Positions 46,878-56,553 of a stretch of DNA of 64,000 bases are shown in pieces (positions within the stretch are counted from its first letter, which is position 1; every line of letters begins with the position of its first letter). The position numbers were made by a program, and so were the translations under genes. The notes beneath the pieces were generated by a model, which was given only the letters and a program-made list of their open reading frames with translations, was not told where the DNA came from and made no database searches. The stretch comes from Diplonema japonicum (lineage: Eukaryota > Protista > Euglenozoa: Diplonemea): contig OZ025675.1 in NCBI GenBank assembly GCA_964019335.1, positions 1 through 64,000 of the forward strand, written 5' to 3'.

Positions 46878-48572
46878 CTAAAGGAGAATAGTGGGGTAGG
46901 TCTCCTCAAGCAGAATGAACTGCTTCAACTGCGCTTCGACCACCTTAACTGACTCGGGCTGCTTGCTAGTTGGCTTTCTGATGTTCAACAACCGCAGTGC
47001 CTCATCGGTCTGATCTAAGATGTAACACCGCGCCGCTTTGTTATATATCTCCCAGTGGTTTTCACTCAACTGGTACATCCATTCCCCGTTGCTTGCTGTG
47101 GTCACCTGAGGTGTTTCTGTCGAAATATCATAAAGAACCTCAAAGGCTCCCTCTGCCGCAGACATCACAACACGCGCCAAGATGACCTGCATTGTGAACG
47201 CATAAGAAACCTCTGCATAGACAGTGCTGCAGCATACTATAGGGTACGCCTTGGACCTTCCAAATCTTTCTATCTTTGATGCTGTGATGGGGCTTTGACC
47301 GATCATTGAAAAAGACATCAATTCCGTGCAGCCGAGTGAGCCACAATAAGCGGCTCCGCATGAAAGACCGATATTGCTGCGTATGCCTTTTGACTTCATT
47401 GTGGTGAATAACTGAACGGCGGAGTCGACGGCTGATTTGGCATATGTCCCACAACGCTTCCCAGCATTGAAGGAAGCGTGTATGTGGTCACCATGCGTCA
47501 CACCAACTACACCGGAGTGTGAGGACACGACGGCGAGGAGGGTTTCGACGTACTGGGAGAAACGGGATTGGAACCCTATCGGGTCCTCCACCACCTGGCG
47601 GTGCGTGCTCCATAGGTTCGCAACAATGAACGAGCACCTCCGTCTGTCTATAACATCCCGTGTCGTGCTGGACATCATGGTGGCGTCCTTCTGACTCGAC
47701 ATGGCATTGTTGTCCTCGTCAATGAGACACTCGTCGTTCACCAAACAGCATTGCGGGAGATATCGCCGGTAACTATGCAGGTTTGCCAAGATATCTTGAA
47801 AAGCGGACAGTAACGGCGGGGGCAGGTGCGACCCTTCTATGATCATCTCTGCAGACTCCAAATCAAACCTGCTCAGCGAAGCCGCAATGCGTTCCGTCGC
47901 GTAGATCACCTCGTTCATGCTGTCGTGCTCCCTGTACAGCTTCGTGGCGAAGTTCCTCGTGAAAAAAAACACCGTCGATATCACAAACAACTGGAAGAAC
48001 AGATCTATCCCAATGTACCTCGCCTCCTTTGTGCACGGCAGGCTGTTGCATTCGTACTTAGCATGTCTAAACTCCTGCGTCGGAAGAAGCGAGAAATCCA
48101 GCAAGCCAAACCGGTACCTTGCTTCAAACGCTAAGACGAACAGCCACAGAAAAACAGAGGTGATTAATATCTTCGTCACTCGCGGCCGGAGATTGCACAG
48201 CAGACAGATATCGATGTATATAATGAAGGCTGGCCAGATTCGCTCTCCTTGTGTTGCCGCGTAGATCTGATCTGTCAATATGCACGATATGCCTGCACCA
48301 TACAGCATAGCCTCGATTACCCAACCCCGCAGTGTCTTCTCGTAGATAAGCTGGCATAGACACACTGCACTAGATACAATCGCTGGGATTCCCAAATACT
48401 TTAACATTTCTGAATCCGTCCCTCCTGCTGCGAGAAGAAAGTAGGCTCCCCCATATGTGACAATTGTCATGATGGCAACAATCAAAACCACCCTTTTCTT
48501 GAACACGACCTGAGGCCTGTCGGCAGGCCGCATCACTAGCCTGTCAAACAGGGTGGCACTACCCAACCACAT
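46878..48572 (-). CDS. Multi-TM protein with only a degenerate class III cyclase-like domain
   Basis: First ATG at 48572. TM region is homologous to the two cyclases (RFGL.D..LP.QE.R...C..LPC; NLH.YR.Y.P). The FTDI..ST/VKTIGD core is absent; only GDH...FNA..C...IGLSCG is present. Confidence 0.82.
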   Translation of the reverse strand: MWLGSATLFDRLVMRPADRPQVVFKKRVVLIVAIMTIVTYGGAYFLLAAGGTDSEMLKYLGIPAIVSSAVCLCQLIYEKTLRGWVIEAMLYGAGISCILTDQIYAATQGERIWPAFIIYIDICLLCNLRPRVTKILITSVFLWLFVLAFEARYRFGLLDFSLLPTQEFRHAKYECNSLPCTKEARYIGIDLFFQLFVISTVFFFTRNFATKLYREHDSMNEVIYATERIAASLSRFDLESAEMIIEGSHLPPPLLSAFQDILANLHSYRRYLPQCCLVNDECLIDEDNNAMSSQKDATMMSSTTRDVIDRRRCSFIVANLWSTHRQVVEDPIGFQSRFSQYVETLLAVVSSHSGVVGVTHGDHIHASFNAGKRCGTYAKSAVDSAVQLFTTMKSKGIRSNIGLSCGAAYCGSLGCTELMSFSMIGQSPITASKIERFGRSKAYPIVCCSTVYAEVSYAFTMQVILARVVMSAAEGAFEVLYDISTETPQVTTASNGEWMYQLSENHWEIYNKAARCYILDQTDEALRLLNIRKPTSKQPESVKVVEAQLKQFILLEETYPTILL

Positions 48573-48719
48573 ATTCTTGTTTCTTTTCCCCTCCACTACT
48601 AGATAAAGAAATAAGTTGTCGCAACTACGTCATCAAACAAACTCAACGTAAACAAGCCCTACTTGGGTTGCATAATACTAAAGAAAAGTGGTGGGGGTGG
48701 GGGGGGAAGAAGAGAGTGT

Positions 48720-49105
48720 CTTTGACAGATGTTTTAAAAAAGAAATCACCAAAGTCAAAAAAGAAAAATAATGGAGATAGCAACCATCTCCTCCCAGGTC
48801 ACTTGTAGGGAAACAGAAAGGAAGTGCTGTGGAAGAAACGGGGAAAAGGTCAATAAAGAGAGGTAGACAAAGCGAACGGGCTTTTTATCAAAAATAAAAA
48901 AAATGAAAAACTGTAACCTTATCCATGTCTGCAGGTTCCGGCACAGAAAAGGTACTCTGGTAATCAAGAAGGTTTTGACAAATGTTTCAAAATCACAACA
49001 GTCAAAAAGAAAATAGCAGGAGATAGATATTTCCTCCCAGGTTCACTTGTAGAGAAACAGAAGGAAGTGCTGTGGAGGAAACGGAGAAAGGTCAACAAGA
49101 GAGGG
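48720..49105 (+). repeat. ~140-bp degenerate direct repeat (period ~253)
   Basis: TTTGACA.ATGTTT...CCTCCCAGGT.CACTTGTAG.GAAACAGAA.GGAAGTGCTGTGGA occurs twice. Confidence 0.85.
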
Positions 49106-49350
49106 ATCAACGATCTACGATACGTAAATGGAAAAAGAAGCCACTCTTTCTTCTGACTTGAAGCCATGGCACATACGAGCACAGCTCTCTCGTGCCTTGG
49201 GCTCCCCGCCATAAAAGAAAGAGAACAACAGAAAGCATATGTGAGGGCAACAAAAAAAAAAACCCCCAGTAAAAAAGGGGGTTGTTTGACAGAACAAATT
49301 CTCTCAAACCAGCTAGAGGGAAATTGGGCGAAACCACAAAAAAACGAGAG

Positions 49351-49510
49351 AAAAAAAGAGTTGGAGTAAGCATTTGTTTGTGCACACGGTATAAGTCCTG
49401 CTGGGATAAATACTGCATGCTACCACTACTCTTTTTTTCTTTTTTTTTTTCTTTCTTGCTCTTACAAGAAACTGAAGCAGCAGCACTTTGTTAAATACAC
49501 AAAAGAAAAA
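49351..49510. repeat. Dispersed hairpin element, best-preserved short copy (ABCA 3' flank)
   Basis: AAAAAAGAGTTGGAGTAAGCAT...ATGCTACCACTACTCTTTTTT; very similar to 16081-16215. Confidence 0.85.
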
Positions 49511-49552
49511 AAGGGGGGGGGGGTGGAAAGTTTGGAATGGAATAGAAAGCGA

Positions 49553-52500
49553 CTAGTGGTCGCTGTTGTACTTCTTGCAGATGGAGATGAAGACCTGCTC
49601 CAAGGAGGTCTCGCTGATAGAGTAGTCGACGATGCCGAGGGGCTCGCGGGCCTTCTGGATGATGGAGAACATCTGGGACAGCTTCTGGCCGCTGGGGAGC
49701 TGGTAGGTCAGCCTGTGGTTGGTCTGCTCGACGAGTACCGACTGCGGGAAGGTGTCCTTGAAGAAGGCGACGAGCTCGGTCTCCTTTTCTGCCGCTACCT
49801 TCGCCTGGATCTCGTACGCCCCGCCGAACTTGCTCTTCAGGTGGGACAGTGTCCCCAGGCACTGCAGGGCCCCGTCTACCATGATCGCCGTGCGGTGCGC
49901 CAAGGCCTCTACCTCCTCCAGGTGGTGTGTTGTCAGCACCACGCACCGTCCCTTCCCGATCGACTGCAAGGCCGTCCACATCCCACGCCGCGCCACGGGG
50001 TCCATCCCCGCCGTCGGCTCGTCCAGCAGGATGCACGACGGGCCCCCGATCAGGGAGATCGCGATGCTCGTCTTCCGCTTGTTGCCACCCGACAGCGCCT
50101 TGCAGATCGTGTTCTGGTGCTCCTCCAGCCGAAGAATCTTCATCAGGCTCTCCGACATCTTCTTCCTCACCTCTGTCGGGACCCCGCGCAGCGCCGCGTA
50201 CAGCTCGATGTGCTCCTTCGGGGTCAGCAGGTCCAGCAGCGCGTCGAACTGCGGGCAGTACCCCAGCTCCCTCTTCGCCTCCGCCGACTGCGTCACCACG
50301 TCGTAGCCCTTGATCGACGCGGTCCCCGCCGTCGGCGCGAAGTCCCCCGCCAGCACCGAGATCGTCGTCGTCTTCCCCGCCCCGTTCGTTCCCAGGAAGG
50401 CGAAGATCTCGTCTGTCTTCACCCCGAACGTCACCTCCTTCACCGCCACCTTTGGCCGTTTCCCGCCGGGGTACACCTTCCTGAGCCTCCTCACCGCCAC
50501 CACGTCCCCCGACCGCCCCCTCAGCACCTCTTTCTTCTCCGCCGCCACGTCGTCGTCCGTCTCCATCTGCCGCCCTTCCCCCATCTCCCTCCCCTCGTCG
50601 TTGTCGTTGTCGTTGTCGTAGTCGTCGGTGGAACTCTGCGGCTTCCGCAACCCGAGCTTGTACCAGATCTGCGGGAAGTCGTGCGACATGGCGAGGGCCG
50701 CATAGATCGGGAACACGAGCCACAGAAACAGGACGTCCCACCCCACCACGTCCATCGACAGCGGCGTGTCGCCCGTCACCCCGTTGTTCCTGTTCGCCGG
50801 CAGCTGCGCCAGGGCGAGGATCCCGTCCCCGAGGCAGAAGGCGGGGATCACGCGGAACAGGAACCGCATCGTCTTCGCCGCCTCCTTCGTCGATTCGATG
50901 GACTGCAGGACCCCGATCATGATCACCAGCACGAAGCCCGACGTGTAGTTCCCCATGAGGACCGTGTTCTGCCCCGTCGACGGCTTCTCGAAGTGGAAGG
51001 AGGCGGCGTAGGCGGCGACGATGGCGGTCGTCCCGTACGACAAGAACAAGATCACGGTGGCGGCGAAGGCCTCCCCGCTCCCGATGTACTCCGTCCTGTC
51101 GAACATGAAGAAGACCATGATGCTGAGCGAGGTGCTGACTGCGAAGGCCACGAGGTCCCAGCAGAAGCTCGACATCCAGTAGGCGGTGAGCTTCACCCCA
51201 GACACGATCTGCACGTGCTTCGACTTCGACACGCGCTCCTTCACCAGGAAGGCGACGTAGTTCGCGGGGATGAAGCAGAAGGGCAGCATCACGTTGATCG
51301 AGGTGATCACGGCGATCATGCTCTCCGCAGCGTTCTTCGTGTAGTCGCTCAGCGGCAGGGGGTTGTTCACAAGCCGGATGTACGCCTCAGGGTCCCCCGT
51401 CTGCTCTTTCAGTACTGCCGAGGCGAACCCGTTCAAGGCGATCGGAAGGCTGTGCAGGCTGCTGGCGTTGTGGAACACCGTCTTGTGCGCGTTCCACCCC
51501 ACCGTCGCCTGGTACAGCGCCTGCCAGCACTTCACGTCGTCCGTGTCCGTCCGGTGCAGCAGCCAGTCGCTCATGTTCTCGTAGGTCCCGAAGGCCTCCG
51601 GCACGGGCGTCACACCGTCGACAGACGACGAACTCCTTCCGTAGGTGCTCCCCACGGGGGCCACAGGGAAGATCGAGCTCTCCCCGTAGTGCCACAGGTC
51701 GATCGCAGGCCTGTCGCTCACCTTGATCCCTGCAAGCACCATCGTGTACATGATAAAGACAACAGGGAGGACCAGCTGGAAGGCAATCGTGCACTTGTCT
51801 CGCTTGCTGTACTTGAACTTCTTGTAGAACAGCCCGCGCCACTGCGACCTGTACAGCGCCGAGTCCTGCAGCCTCTCATTTGGGTCCATGTCGATCCCCT
51901 GCAGCAGCTGCGCCTCCTCCCCGTAATCTGCCTGCACATCAGAGAGGAGTCTTGTGTCGGAAACTGCAGGTGTTGTTGTTGTTGTTGTTGTTGTCATCAT
52001 CGCGTCGTTGGCAGACTCGTCATTCGCTATCTTGATGAAGATTTCCTCCAAAGTCGTCACGCTCATCCCGAAGGTTCGGATCCCCAGCGCCTTCCCGTTC
52101 TTCTCCAGCGTCTCGAACATTTGAGCAAAGCTAGGAACCCCCCACATGGGGAGCCTCAGGGTTAGTTCCGACCCCGCCGCCGAAAGCTGCTCCACCTCCC
52201 CCTGCTGCAAGACAGCGGTGCTGCTGCTGCTGCTGCTGTTGCTGTGTGGTTCATCTTTCCTCAACGGGGGAACACCAACCTCCTTCCTCACAGCCGCGGT
52301 GATCCTTTCGGGGCTCGAGTTCGGGGCCAGCTCCATCGTGAGGTTGTAGCCGACACCGAGCTTCTGCTTCAAAAAGAACGACGACCCCCAGCAGTGCACC
52401 CGCCCGCCGTGCAGGATCGCGATCGAGTCCCCCAGCAGGTCCGCCTCGTCCATGAAGTGCGTCGTGAGGAGCACCGTCCGACCCCTGCGCACGCTCTTCA

Positions 52501-54841
52501 AGAGGTCCCAGATTGCCCTCCGCGCCTGCACGTCCATCCCCGCCGTCGGCTCGTCCAGAATGATGAACCGGGGACCCCCGATCAGCGAGATCCCCACGCT
52601 GAGCTTCCGCTTCATCCCGCCCGACAGCGCAGAGGAGTACACCTCCTTCTTGTCCAGGAGCTCCACCTTCTCCAATAGGTCATCCACCCGTTCCTCCAGC
52701 TCTTCCGACGGAATCCCCTTCACGCTCCCGTAGTAGCGCAGGTGCTCCGCACACGTCATCTTGTCCCACAGGATGTTGTGCTGCGGGCACAGCCCGATGT
52801 CCCGCCGAACCGCCTCGAGGTTCTCACAGATGGAGTTCCCGAACACAGTCGCGTCCCCGGACGACACCGGCAGCATCCCCGTCAGCATGTTGATGAGCGT
52901 TGTCTTCCCTGCCCCGTTGTGCCCCAGCAGGGCCAGGATCTGCCCCTCGTACAGGGAGAGGTTCACGTTGTTCACCGCCACCTTCTTCGCGCTCCCGGTT
53001 GCTTCCCCTTTGAACTCCTTCCGCAGGTTCCGGATCCGGATCCGCTCCTTCTGCAGCAGGTCCTGCTCCAAGATGCTCTCCACGTTCTTCCCGTTCAGCA
53101 TCCCGTCCATCGTCGCTATGTTCTCGAGGTCCGCGTAGCCGGCCGCCCCTTTACCGGAGAACCAGTAAGGGGGCCAACAGAAGTAGAAGAACCGCTTCTT
53201 CGCCCCCCACTCACTCGGCATCACCTGGTCCAGCCACCCAGCTACAAGCAGGTAGAGGAAGGTGTCGAACCACAGGAAGCCGATGGACGATGAGAAGGAG
53301 TAGGCCCCCTCGTTCGCCGTCTCCCAAGTCACCGGGGAGGCCTTCCCCACCGACTTGAACACGATCGACATCCCCTCCGCAAAGGCACAGGTGTTGAAGA
53401 TGGAGATGGTGTACATGGTTGAGGAGGAAGGGTCCCGCAGGATGAACGAGGGCAGCGCAGAGAACAGGAACACCATCGGGCTCACGATCCCTGCGAGGGA
53501 GGCCTTCGAGAAGAAGGTCGACAGCAGCACCCCTGCAGAGGCGAGCGACAGCCCGTAGCTCACGAACAAGACCAAGAGGATGGAGTAGTCCATGTCCTGC
53601 AGCATCGTCGCCTTCAGGATGACGGAGAGAAGGACCCCCGTCACAGACATCTGCAGCATCGTCGTCACCACCCACGAGAGCTTGAAGGCGGTCGAGGACA
53701 GCCCCATGATGAGCATCGCCTCCCGGATACGCGTCTCCTTCTCGCGCACGATAGACGACACGATCTGCGACATGGGGAAGAGGAAGGCGAGGGTCAGCGT
53801 CAGAGGGGCGTAGAAGCCCCCCTTCGTCAGGAAGTCGTTGATGGAGTAACCCATCACGGGCATCGGGATGAGCGTAGACGTCGTGTCGTCCACCCCGCCC
53901 CCCGTCATGTTCCGGTTCAGAAGCGTTTGCAAGGTGAGGAAGCCGCCCCCGATGTACGTCCGGAAGAACCTCTCGAACCCTGCCTCCTGAGAGTCGTAGT
54001 CGAAGGTCTCGGGTGTCGAGGTCCGGTTCATCCGAATCTCGAGGTCGGTCGGGCCCCTCACCACCACCACCGCCCACATCTTGTTCGACCCCTCGTGCGA
54101 CGTCGCATAGGCAGTCGCCTCCTCCTCCGTCTCGAAGGCGCTCCTCGTGAACTGGTAAGTGTACGTGTTCTCCATGAAGTACCTGTCGAACCTCTTAACC
54201 AGCTCCTCCTCCTCCTGCCGCTTTTCTTCCTCCCCTCCGGCCCCAACGGCACTGGAACCCCCCGAGACGACGATGCTGACGTTGGCACCAGAGCGAAGGG
54301 CGTTCGCCATCTTGTCCTCGCTGAAGCTGTCGGTCCCAGGGAGGTCCACCGTCTGCGCGAAGTGCCTCCACAGGGCGACAAGGTCGAAGCTGGGGATGGT
54401 GGTCGAGTTCTCCACCTGGAACCACGGGTCGAGGATGGCGGACAGGCCGCCGTCGTCGTCGTTGTCGGGGACCGACGAGTTCAGGCAGAGGTTGCCCAGA
54501 CAGTGCCAAGGCTGCGGACTGGGCTCCTCCTTGCTGCAAGCGGGGTACCCCGCAGGGCTTCCATCCGCTGCCTCCAACCTGCACATCCACAGCTTGAAAT
54601 ACGCGTCCGCGTCGAAGTGGTCCCCGTAGAACTGCCGGTTCGGCTGCGTTGACGACCCTGCCGCAAAGTACGCTGGCACCACAGCAGCCATGAACAGCAC
54701 AGGGAGAAGCACCTCCACAGCGCTCCCCACCCATGACCTGCTCTTCAGACGCAGGTTCTTCACCACCACAAACCACACAGCCTGTAGTAGGCTTGGCTTC
54801 GAGAAAGTTCCCACCTCTATCCCGTGGCCCATGCTGCCCAT
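49553..54841 (-). CDS. Full-length ABCA subfamily transporter
   Basis: Two TMD-NBD halves: GHNGAGKTT, LSGGMKRK, LDEPTAGMD; GTNGAGKTT, LSGGNKRK; IVREKE..IRE.M.IMGL; SLEQVF. Intronless. Confidence 0.96.
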   Translation of the reverse strand: MGSMGHGIEVGTFSKPSLLQAVWFVVVKNLRLKSRSWVGSAVEVLLPVLFMAAVVPAYFAAGSSTQPNRQFYGDHFDADAYFKLWMCRLEAADGSPAGYPACSKEEPSPQPWHCLGNLCLNSSVPDNDDDGGLSAILDPWFQVENSTTIPSFDLVALWRHFAQTVDLPGTDSFSEDKMANALRSGANVSIVVSGGSSAVGAGGEEEKRQEEEELVKRFDRYFMENTYTYQFTRSAFETEEEATAYATSHEGSNKMWAVVVVRGPTDLEIRMNRTSTPETFDYDSQEAGFERFFRTYIGGGFLTLQTLLNRNMTGGGVDDTTSTLIPMPVMGYSINDFLTKGGFYAPLTLTLAFLFPMSQIVSSIVREKETRIREAMLIMGLSSTAFKLSWVVTTMLQMSVTGVLLSVILKATMLQDMDYSILLVLFVSYGLSLASAGVLLSTFFSKASLAGIVSPMVFLFSALPSFILRDPSSSTMYTISIFNTCAFAEGMSIVFKSVGKASPVTWETANEGAYSFSSSIGFLWFDTFLYLLVAGWLDQVMPSEWGAKKRFFYFCWPPYWFSGKGAAGYADLENIATMDGMLNGKNVESILEQDLLQKERIRIRNLRKEFKGEATGSAKKVAVNNVNLSLYEGQILALLGHNGAGKTTLINMLTGMLPVSSGDATVFGNSICENLEAVRRDIGLCPQHNILWDKMTCAEHLRYYGSVKGIPSEELEERVDDLLEKVELLDKKEVYSSALSGGMKRKLSVGISLIGGPRFIILDEPTAGMDVQARRAIWDLLKSVRRGRTVLLTTHFMDEADLLGDSIAILHGGRVHCWGSSFFLKQKLGVGYNLTMELAPNSSPERITAAVRKEVGVPPLRKDEPHSNSSSSSSTAVLQQGEVEQLSAAGSELTLRLPMWGVPSFAQMFETLEKNGKALGIRTFGMSVTTLEEIFIKIANDESANDAMMTTTTTTTTPAVSDTRLLSDVQADYGEEAQLLQGIDMDPNERLQDSALYRSQWRGLFYKKFKYSKRDKCTIAFQLVLPVVFIMYTMVLAGIKVSDRPAIDLWHYGESSIFPVAPVGSTYGRSSSSVDGVTPVPEAFGTYENMSDWLLHRTDTDDVKCWQALYQATVGWNAHKTVFHNASSLHSLPIALNGFASAVLKEQTGDPEAYIRLVNNPLPLSDYTKNAAESMIAVITSINVMLPFCFIPANYVAFLVKERVSKSKHVQIVSGVKLTAYWMSSFCWDLVAFAVSTSLSIMVFFMFDRTEYIGSGEAFAATVILFLSYGTTAIVAAYAASFHFEKPSTGQNTVLMGNYTSGFVLVIMIGVLQSIESTKEAAKTMRFLFRVIPAFCLGDGILALAQLPANRNNGVTGDTPLSMDVVGWDVLFLWLVFPIYAALAMSHDFPQIWYKLGLRKPQSSTDDYDNDNDNDEGREMGEGRQMETDDDVAAEKKEVLRGRSGDVVAVRRLRKVYPGGKRPKVAVKEVTFGVKTDEIFAFLGTNGAGKTTTISVLAGDFAPTAGTASIKGYDVVTQSAEAKRELGYCPQFDALLDLLTPKEHIELYAALRGVPTEVRKKMSESLMKILRLEEHQNTICKALSGGNKRKTSIAISLIGGPSCILLDEPTAGMDPVARRGMWTALQSIGKGRCVVLTTHHLEEVEALAHRTAIMVDGALQCLGTLSHLKSKFGGAYEIQAKVAAEKETELVAFFKDTFPQSVLVEQTNHRLTYQLPSGQKLSQMFSIIQKAREPLGIVDYSISETSLEQVFISICKKYNSDH

Positions 54842-55092
54842 ATCGTGTGTGCGAGGTGCGCTTTTTACACACGCGATGTAAGAAAAACCTGGTGGATGCT
54901 AAACTATTGAACAGAACGAGAAAGAAATAGAAGCTGGAATTAAAGGGAAACAAGGCCACTAACGTACGTCAAAGCTTTGGTCCGAAAGTTGTACACACGG
55001 CTCGTCTTTGTGATCATCGCCCCTCCAGGTAAAGAAAGAAAAAAGAATAAGCGCGTTTATCGCATTCTTTCAGCAGAGAGGAATAATATCTT

Positions 55093-55190
55093 AAAAGAGT
55101 CGGTTGAGTGTTGTTTGTGCACAGCCAGGGGGGGGGGGGTAAAACCTGTAGAAGGACAAGCCCAACAATGCTACCCACTACTCTTTTTTT
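55093..55190. repeat. Dispersed hairpin element copy
   Basis: AAAAGAGTCGG..TTGTTTGTGCACA...ATGCTACCCACTACTCTTTTTT. Confidence 0.75.
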
Positions 55191-55296
55191 AGCACTAACA
55201 ATTCACTATCAATAATGCAAAACAAAACAAAAAAAAGCACCGCTGTCAGAAAGGCAAGAAAGGTGACAGGGTCTGCTGTAGTTGAAGGGGCCGACA

Positions 55297-56553
55297 CTAC
55301 GAACGCAGTGCATCGGCGTATGACATGCTGGAATCAGCTAGACTGCAAGGCACTCCGTACTGCAGAACCTCAGCGGCGTGATATACACGAGTAGGGCCAT
55401 GACTCCTCTCGTGGTTCATCATCTCGAGACAGTGCTGGGCTTCACGAAGGTACGAGTACCTTAGAAAACAATCATGAGAGCCTAGATTACGAGCGTACTC
55501 TTGCAAAAAAAATGTTCCACATTCATGATGAAGTGTTTGCTCTCGTGCCTTCTTGACAGGGCGAACCCGGGGCCTCCTGCGGTGCTCAGTCCGCTTGAAC
55601 GACTGGAGCAGCTCTTCCTCGATACTCTCGTGCCTTGCATCCCGCTCTGCAAGCATAAGCTTCCTCCGCGTGTTCTCCCAGAAGTCAACAGTCATGCAAG
55701 GGCTGCACCCTTCCCTCAGTAGATATTCCGCAATCGCCTCCTTCTTATGGTACACGGACAGGGACAAAGCCTGTGACGCCGCCCTCGAATCCCCCAAAGC
55801 CCTGTTCTCGCAGAGCAGCTTCACGACATCGAAGCGGTCTGCCATGACGGCCGAAGACAGCGGCGTTCGGGTTCTCCTTTCGTCGGGCGTTTGCATCTTC
55901 GCACCATACTCCAGAAGGGCCTTGATGGCAGGTAGTGTGTCGCCTTTCTTCACCCCGCACAGAAATGTCAGAGGTGTTGTGTTGTGAGCGTCTTGCCAGT
56001 TCGGGTCGGCCCCACTGTCCAGCAGCAGCAGCATCATGGGGTAGTCGCATGTCTTGACTGCCATCTTAAGTGCCGTGCTTACGCAAAGTGTCCTTCTGTT
56101 CCTTCCAATATAAACCTCGTCTACATCCACCTTCACAACATGCAGCAAGTGGTGTGCAATCTCAAGGTGGCCCTTTTGAACTGCCTTGTGCAAGAGGGTC
56201 TTCTGCTTGGAGTGCTTCCTACCGATGTCGATCTCTGCATCGAGCATCCGTCTGAACTTGTTGACGTCGCCTGTCTCGATGGCCTGCACCGCAGCGTCAC
56301 GGCTCACACGCCAGTTGACCGCGCGGCATCCGCGGAGCAACCTCTCCCTGTCGTTTATCTTCGCCTCTACCTCCTCCCCGCACACCATCCCCAGACTGCT
56401 TAATCCCTGCTCCGGCTTCAGCAGCTTCCCCTCGTACCACAGTTCCACATCCTCGCGGATCTTCCCCATCGCCCTCAGGTCCTCCGCTGTTGTGTCGTGC
56501 TCGATCTCAAAGTGCCTCGTCCTGCCTCTCTCGCTTCTTACAAAGATGTCCAT
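55297..56553 (-). CDS. Ubiquitin-like domain + ankyrin repeat protein
   Basis: MDIFVRS..GRT..FEIE...LWYEGKLL. Ankyrin motifs TLLHKAVQKGH, TALKMAV..LLLDSGADPN, TPLT and TPLSSAV. Confidence 0.88.
   Translation of the reverse strand: MDIFVRSERGRTRHFEIEHDTTAEDLRAMGKIREDVELWYEGKLLKPEQGLSSLGMVCGEEVEAKINDRERLLRGCRAVNWRVSRDAAVQAIETGDVNKFRRMLDAEIDIGRKHSKQKTLLHKAVQKGHLEIAHHLLHVVKVDVDEVYIGRNRRTLCVSTALKMAVKTCDYPMMLLLLDSGADPNWQDAHNTTPLTFLCGVKKGDTLPAIKALLEYGAKMQTPDERRTRTPLSSAVMADRFDVVKLLCENRALGDSRAASQALSLSVYHKKEAIAEYLLREGCSPCMTVDFWENTRRKLMLAERDARHESIEEELLQSFKRTEHRRRPRVRPVKKAREQTLHHECGTFFLQEYARNLGSHDCFLRYSYLREAQHCLEMMNHERSHGPTRVYHAAEVLQYGVPCSLADSSMSYADALRS

Noticed and set aside
49523-52165. 880-aa + strand ORF
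   Set aside because: Antisense to GC3-rich ABCA with no recognisable domain.
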